A DNA stretch of 55,524 nucleotides, filler included, from Convolutriloba macropyga (Eukaryota), in assembly GCF_964194025.1 (NCBI RefSeq). It is 2 parts of 2 records of this genome, joined end to end, with 100 filler letters (N's around TTAATTAATTAA, not from the genome) between each part and the next. Parts side by side here need not be neighbours in the genome. Positions count along the whole stretch, not along the records: positions 31,338 to 55,524 come from NC_134473.1; 1 more part is not named here. The stretch is one strand, 5' to 3'. A program made the position numbers and the translations under genes. Below the pieces are notes generated by a model, which ran no database searches, was not told the DNA's origin, and saw only the letters and a list, made by a program, of their open reading frames with translations. Below, piece by piece: positions 48,356 through 55,524 of this stretch (position 1 is the stretch's first letter; the number at the start of each line of letters is the position of its first letter).

Positions 48356-51020
48356 CTGTTTTAAAAGAGCAAATTATTTTTCCGGCAGAGACTAATTGAG
48401 ACTTTGTCACCACTACAGTTTTCGAGTCCTTCTACCATCAGATTCAATTAAATTCAATTTCAATATCTCAAAGCTTCAAATACCCAATTTAGGCCCAGCT
48501 AATTCACAAACAGATTTGTGCACATATTGTTTCGAACGCACTCATCCGCAACTTTTACTTAGTTGTTAATCAAATAAGGGATAGAGAGGAAACTTTCAAA
48601 TAATCAGATACTGTTCGAAAACAACTGGCGTATGAGTATAAACAATAAGATTATAAACTAAAACTGACTTAAAAAATTAAATAATGGCTCAATATGGGGC
48701 GATGAGACTTACCGTTAATTAGACGACTGGACAAGAAAAACAACAGAATAAAACAACAAAGAAATAATTACCACTAAAAATGAATATATATTTTTCTCGA
48801 ATACACACACACATAGTAACAAAGTCAAAACGGCAGCAGATGAAATAAATCTAAACAAGACAATATAAGTTGTCTTTCATCACAAAATAAATTGATTCTA
48901 CCCTTAACAAAAAGGACAACAAAAAATAAAAATCGAAATTAACAGAACAAAATTAGCAAATTTAAATTAAATGTTAATTTTCATGGAAACAAATAGTTTC
49001 AAAGGTGATATCATCCATCAGCTTCAACTAAAAATAGGAAATAGATTTAAATGTAACTCGCAGAGAAGCCAATGATACCTGTCAGCAGGCAGACTGAGAC
49101 TTAAGAAAAACAAAGAAAACATAAGCAAACCTCACAAACAAGACAAGAAACGCTAAATCAATTAACAACAACAAACATAAGTTACCACCAGTTTTAGAAA
49201 AAGACGAAACATTGTTATTAACAATTCAAAATAGCCAATTGATACCATTATATGTCAATTTGGGAGGTATCAAAACATGATCGCGCCAGTAAAACTGCTC
49301 CCATTATCAGACTAAACGATTAACAGTTTTCCTCTTCGAGTGACGAAGCTTTCTTGTCCCATTTCACAGGATTAACAAACATGAACGCATTAATTTCATG
49401 TGAATTGTTCTTGAGGTTAAACAGGTAAAAAAGGAAACTTCATCTCTTCTCAGTTGATCTGCGGAATTATATTTGAAGACGACCGAACCAGTCTAAACTT
49501 ACATTTTTCAATGGAGGGTTTCAAACTTCTAGCTGCCAGGGCCACTATCTTTAGCTGTCAGCATTTCATTTGCGACACAATATGCTGCTGAATCCTATTG
49601 TTTTCAAGGCCTATTGTAACTTAGAAGTCGTACACTTGCGACGTAATTTGCACGTGAGCCATTTGATGTTCATGAAACGAAATTTTTGCAGCATTTTTGT
49701 CAGCTGTCCAGAATTATGGGATGCTTCAAATCAAAACTGATAATATTCAAATCATTTAGAAGTCGGGTTGATCTCAAGAAAACTGCGATTTCGACGGTGA
49801 ACGAAAATTGCATATGTTGCTACCTTTTTAACGCAGCTGTTTTTTGCTAAATTGTTTAACTCATACGTGATGGACTCATATTTATATTAAAAAGCAGCCT
49901 TAATTTCTTCATCGTTTATCTCATTAACGTTGGATTACCCTGAAGATAGGAAAAACTGACTGTTTTTGGTTGGCAAACAAGCTAGGCAGAATAAAACGAA
50001 AAGCACCTTTGAATACAAAATGCAGTTTTCGAAATGAAAATTGTGCGAGCCACTGATGTGCTTGAAGTCAAACTAGTTCCGCTTGGTTACATTAATTATC
50101 CTTTCCTCATGTTTATATTTAGAGCTCAGTTTTTAAGTACAGTCTGTTTCAAAAGGCAAAGCTGACAATTTGGTAAAGATTGGTTTTTCTTAAGTGAATG
50201 TAATTACCGAAAACAGTGGTACTATTTCAAACTAGAAAACCTACGGCTTTTGTCATTTGCCATCCAGTGTTGCAAGTAAGTTGTCTGCTTTCGGAAATTG
50301 GAACATTACAATGACTATAATTAGTATTACAAACGAAACTATCGCTTTGCCGAGCTTTCAGATTTTCTTTTTAAGTGGTGTTTTAACCTCAGTCATTGTG
50401 ATTGACTCAAAAATTTTAATTTTTGCCTTTTTGAACCAAGGAATTTCTAGCTGCGTTGTTTTTTTCCTTTTTTTCTTCAAAGATTTAGAAGCCATAGGTT
50501 TGTGCGCTGCAGCTGTCTTCTTCAGCCAATTGTTAAAACTTGAAACAATTGGACTTACACTCTGTTCCTTTAAAGTGTGTATTGACTATGACTTTATGAC
50601 GTTTGCGGTAGTTTTTGACTTTATGACGTTTGCGCAGGATACGAACTGTGGCCATCAAAATAAAAAGACAAGGACCTGACAACTTGAACAAGGATCGACA
50701 TAGTGGAATGAGAAATGATTTGATTATACAAATTATGTGCCTTGACTGTAGGGACATTTGCTATTCAGTGCAATTGATCACTAACTACGGCTTGTGTTGG
50801 CCAACCTCGAGGGGTAATCGAAATCTCTACCTTGACAAGTTTTTTATCACATNNNNNNNNNNNNNNNNNNNNNNNNNNNNNNNNNNNNNNNNNNNNNNNN
50901 NNNNNNNNNNNNNNNNNNNNNNNNNNNNNNNNNNNNNNNNNNNNNNNNNNNNNNNNNNNNNNNNNNNNNNNNNNNNNNNNNNNNNNNNCACTTAGGAACC
51001 GATTTATTGAATTTTCTGAC

Positions 51021-51025
51021 ATATA

Positions 51026-51066
<41 letters not shown>
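51021..51066. repeat. (AT)n microsatellite
   Basis: Directly visible. Confidence 0.95.
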
Positions 51067-51070
<4 letters not shown>

Positions 51071-51796
51071 TTCTAGCTTTTTGAAACATAACTGATCAAT
51101 TGGTCTTAAATAAGGTTAATTTTGAAGAAAAATGATTAGGCAAAAATCTTTGGCAAAAATTTATTTTAATTATAGGAGACGTTTACTCGAATGCTATATT
51201 CATTTTGTTAAGCAGACACGAATGCTTATTGTCAGCCAATCAGTCACAAATGTTAAAAATACGCTGGGAACTACCCAGACTTCAGTCTAAGAGCATTTTA
51301 ACGCTGAACCGGTACATCTGAAAAGTAAAAACTAAATCCGTTTCTGAAACATTGCATCTCCAGAATACTTTCAGTATTCGCAGTTTTTCTTCCTTATGAT
51401 TATTTTGTGGTGATAGAGTTCGTCCAGGCTAGATTTATCCTGTATAATCTGAAAATTTATCACAACACAAAATTAAGTCTGAATTTAGACTGAAATTAAA
51501 GCAGAATTATCTCATACTATTGTAGCTTATAACTGGTATTTATTATAGTAGTTTACAATCTATCTTTATAAATATTATTGTTTTTAGGCAGGTACAAAAA
51601 ACACATTTAGTTTAGTGGTTTTGACTTGCTAAGCAAAATAATTGATACAAGTACCCACGCAGAAGTTCGAATCGCATATGAAGCAAACCTTGTTGGCGGG
51701 AGTTACGCTGAACATATTTGTTTGAATGTCTCTAGCCTGTTTCAGCGGTGATTTACTCTGCCATCAACTTCCGGGTAGTTCGTGGAAATTTCTTTT

Positions 51797-52938
51797 TTTT
51801 TAAAATTGAGTACCAACCCGAAACGAAAAACTTGAAGATCAAGATATGCTAATGTAAATTTTTTTGATATCCTTTTAATCATAATTATAATCAAAAGAAA
51901 CCCAAACGCAGAACACGCAATATATAAATTTTGTCAACTGATCAATGCTAACGAAATATCTCAACCAAAAAACTAAAAAATGGGACAAAATTTAGTTTGA
52001 TAAACCAGTCAGGATGATGAGTTGAGTGAATAAATTGATTAAATTTTGAGTGATTACTAATTTTTTAAAAAATCAAAAACTCCGTAATTGAAAAAGCTCG
52101 TATTTTCAATTGCAAGAAACGCCGTTTATTCTCTGCACGAGGAGAAAGTTCTTCTAGGTTTTGATAACGTTTTTTGCTACATTAAGTACCCTGAATAAAT
52201 GATTAAGTCTGTTTTTTAGATTTCCTGATTTCCTGATTAGCAAAGAGTTAGTTAAAACTAAGAAAAGCAAGCAACTCGCTGATTTTCATATGAAAGATAT
52301 TGGTCAGTAAAATTTTATTTTTACTTATTAAATGGTTCTAACTCAAAACAATCTTCTCGTAAGCAAATAATGATATTGCGATAGCTTTTTCTGGTTTTTT
52401 TTGGTTCAATTCAAATAGAGGAAAGACCGTGAAGAGTTAGTGGCTATATGTGAAACAGACCTCCCGGAGGTTGGTGACAGAGTAAATCAGCGCTGAATCT
52501 GTATAGAGGCATTCTGTTTTTTTAAGGATGGCCAGTACTCTGTTCATGTCCCAATTTTTTAAAAATGAGTACCAACCCGAAACGAAAAACTTGAAGATCA
52601 AGGTATGCTAATGTAAATTTTTTTGATATCCTTTTAATCATAATTACAATCAAAAGAAATCCAAACGCAGAACACGCAATATATAAATTTTGTCAACTGA
52701 TCAATGCTAACGAAATATCTCAACCATAAAACTAAAAAATGGACAAAATTTAGTTTGATAATCCAGTCAGGATGATGCAGCATTAAATTAAATCTTGAGT
52801 GATTACTAATTTTTTTAAAAATCAAAAACTCCGTAATTGAAAAAGTTCGTATTTTCAATTGCAAGAAACGCCTTTTATTCTCTGCACGAGGAGAAAGTTC
52901 TTCTGGGTTTTGATAACGTTTTTTGCTACAGTAAGTAC
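51797..52938. repeat. ~390-bp direct repeat pair (51797-52188 and 52555-52938)
   Basis: Both run from gagtaccaacccgaaacgaaaaacttgaagatcaag to ttttgctaca.taagtac, with a small indel. The second copy ends at a gap. Confidence 0.85.
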
Positions 52939-54144
52939 NNNNNNNNNNNNNNNNNNNNNNNTGAATGAAAATGTGTGTTAAACCTGAATTTAACAAGAGT
53001 CAGCCACTTAGTTGCTACAACTCATAGTAACATACACTGTTTCTTGAAAACTTTTTGACAATGTTTTTGTGATAAAATTTCTGTGCATATTTGCAATGTC
53101 TAATAAGAGAAGAAAGACTGCCAGTGGTAGGCTCAATTTAGGTTTTATGGTACGCAACTAAACGTCAACAATTGAGTTCCACATGACAAAACAAAACTTT
53201 GGATACCCGGGTCGTAAAGCTTAAGCAAGCAATCGGTTTTATGGAGATTTTCTTAGGCTAAGACTACATTTTGCCAATATATGGGGTATATTTAAAGAAG
53301 CTTGCAGCTACGATAGCAAGCAAATTTTTAAAAGGATTTAAAGCGATTTAAGAGTTGTCTTATTTTCTCGAGACCGATTTTTAGCCAATCAGAATTGAGC
53401 AAAATTTAGCTTTGCGAAAACAAAACTGCTAAAACACATCATAATCGAGCATGATTTCGTCGTTTAAAGATGTTGTAATTTCAATCCAACAAATTTGGCT
53501 TTACATTTGTTGGCTTCATGTTTTCTTTTCAGGTTGAAATTAAGTTTTAATAACGTCGCAGCCCAAGATTTCAGGCAAAGGCAAACTTTTACTGAGATAT
53601 GTAATTTCAGTTCAACAAATTTTTTACTTTTTTGGCTTCACAATATGTTTTCTTTCCAGATTCAAATTGAGATTTATTACAACATCACAGTCCAAATCAT
53701 CATCACCATCACAGTCCAAATCATCATCACCAAAAGACCAAATATCGGTTAATTCAATTTGGATTTTTTAAGTTTCAATTCAACTAATTCAGTTATCCTT
53801 GATTTCAGGCAGATCTCCAAAAAAACCAGGAGAACAGTAAGTCAACACCTTCAAGAATATACGAAAATTAGTCAAAAATAGGTCCGAAAAACTACTATAT
53901 TAGCCGAAAAATTGTCGAAAGCTATACGAAAAATGGTCAAAAATAGGTAAAAAAACTTGTTCAGATCTTGTTTAGAATCGAAAATCTATTTCAAAGAATG
54001 AGTACATTCAATCTACCTTTGACATCTTCTATGCAGGTATATTCCATTATTTATTCAAAAATTTTGCTAATTTTACACTATTTGAAAATTTTTCAAGGTT
54101 TTACAGCATTTTGTCCTCTATTTTAGTGTAAAATAGTGTAAAAT

Positions 54145-55462
54145 CAGCTTGCTTCCAAAGCATCAGCTTGCTTCCAAAGCTTTCTATTGTTTTGAAAAAA
54201 TGTTGTTCAATTTTTTGTATCCTCTAGTTAGGCCGCTAGTCACAAACGCTCAGCACGGTTTTATGAAGAGACGCAGCACAACTACTCAACTTATTTCATA
54301 TTTTGATGTTCTGTACAACAATCTTGACAAAAATTTTCCTTGTGCTAGCGTCTATTTTGATATCAAAAAGGCTTTTGATTCCGTTCCGCATCATAAATTA
54401 CTAACAAAACTGGCAGCATTTGGGTTTGACGACGCTTTTCTTCATCTTTTTTCGGATTATCTTGAAGATCAACACCAATTGTCCGTGTAGGATATTGTTT
54501 TTCTAGGCCCTCCATTGTAACATCTGGTGTCCCACAAGGAAGTGTCCTTGGACCACTTCTGTTTATCTTATACATGAACGATCATGTTGAACATGTGCAA
54601 AACTCCCATGTTTACTTATATGCCGACAACCTAAAGCTGCTATGCGTTGATTGTTTCGAAGGTCTGCAATGTGACATCAACGGTATTTATGAATGGTCAC
54701 GCAAAAATCAACTTGAATTTCATCCAGAAAAGGGTAAAGCGATGAACTCTAAAAGCAGCCAGTCTCCCTTATTTCTAGGAGAAGTGGAAATTTTTTTCAC
54801 TAGAGAGATTATGGATTTGGGAATGCTAGTTACTGAAGATCTCAGTTGGACAACACATGTTAAGACGAAACTTTCGAATTGTAATAAAATTTTTTGAAAA
54901 GAAGCATACCGTTTCAATTTTCTATTCTCCGCAAGAAAACGTGGTACCAAACGATGATTTTATCTGTGCTACTTTACTGCTCCCCAGCTTGGTGTGTTAC
55001 AACTGGTATTTTGAAAGTGTTAGAAAAGTTTCAGCGCAAAGTGTTGCGCTGGGTTATTAGGTCTGAGGATTACAACGAGACACTTTCAAAACTAAATTTG
55101 TATCCAATTTTCTATCAAATTGCGCGAGCTGACCTTATTCTACTATGAAAAACTTGGCATGGAACAATGGAGAGTGACGTAAAGCTACATGTCAATAGTA
55201 TGACACTCAGCTCCCGAGGATCAGTCAAAACCTTTTTTGAACAACCGTTGAACAAAAAATTCAAAACTGACAACTGTTTTCTTAGTCGAACTATCCACTC
55301 CGCCAATTACTTAATTTCTATCAACATCATTGACTTTAGGTCATCTTTCAATTTTTTTGTAAGAATTTAGATAATTTTCTCATAGCCAAAACACTTTCTT
55401 TTAATTTTTATCGGCCATGTACATATTTTCTTATATGTCGCTGTGTGGACTGCAGATCTTAA
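54145..55462 (+). mobile_element. 5'-truncated decayed CR1/L2-group LINE (RT plus Cys-rich C-terminus)
   Basis: FEKMLF..QHGFMKRRSTTTQL..YFDIKKAFDSVPH..SGVPQGSVLGPLLFILYMND..YADNLKL..DLGMLVTEDLSW..LLYCSPAW..CTYFLICRCVDCRS*. Contains stops and frameshifts. Confidence 0.88.
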
Positions 55463-55524
55463 TTTGCTACTGTGCTTTGTTAATTTGTACTGTCATGTCT
55501 TTGTTTCACTATGCAATCTTCTTG

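Noticed and set aside
50257-50757. 140-aa and 74-aa ORFs
   Set aside because: Low-complexity, compositionally biased frames with no recognisable domain.

Overview
AT-rich, repeat-dominated eukaryotic (animal-like) genomic DNA with many assembly gaps. No prokaryotic operons, rRNA, tRNA or CRISPR were seen. From left to right: (1) 1-8128: four near-identical, same-orientation pieces of a young RTE-clade LINE. Its reverse transcriptase carries an in-frame ~190-aa insert with a KOW-like motif and two CCHC zinc fingers, and an inverted AP-endonuclease segment abuts one copy. (2) ~10.3-12.6 kb: a decayed CR1/L2-type LINE. (3) ~13.8-30.4 kb: a decayed Polinton/Maverick module (ATPase, integrase, minor and major capsid, adenoviral-type protease, exonuclease-like gene) present as a diverged head-to-head inverted pair whose centre was later tandem-duplicated twice. 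(4) 31238-31337: an artificial 100-bp scaffold spacer containing TTAATTAATTAA. (5) ~32-40 kb: a second, different decayed Polinton/adintovirus-like element with protein-primed PolB, ATPase and capsid-like genes. (6) 44.9-48.4 kb: a spliced NNMT/PNMT/TEMT-family methyltransferase gene on the minus strand, with a MITE in its intron. (7) 54.1-55.5 kb: a 5'-truncated CR1-type LINE. All family calls come from manual translation and motif recognition; no database search was run. The best candidate for something new is the zinc-finger/KOW-bearing RTE and its tandem array.
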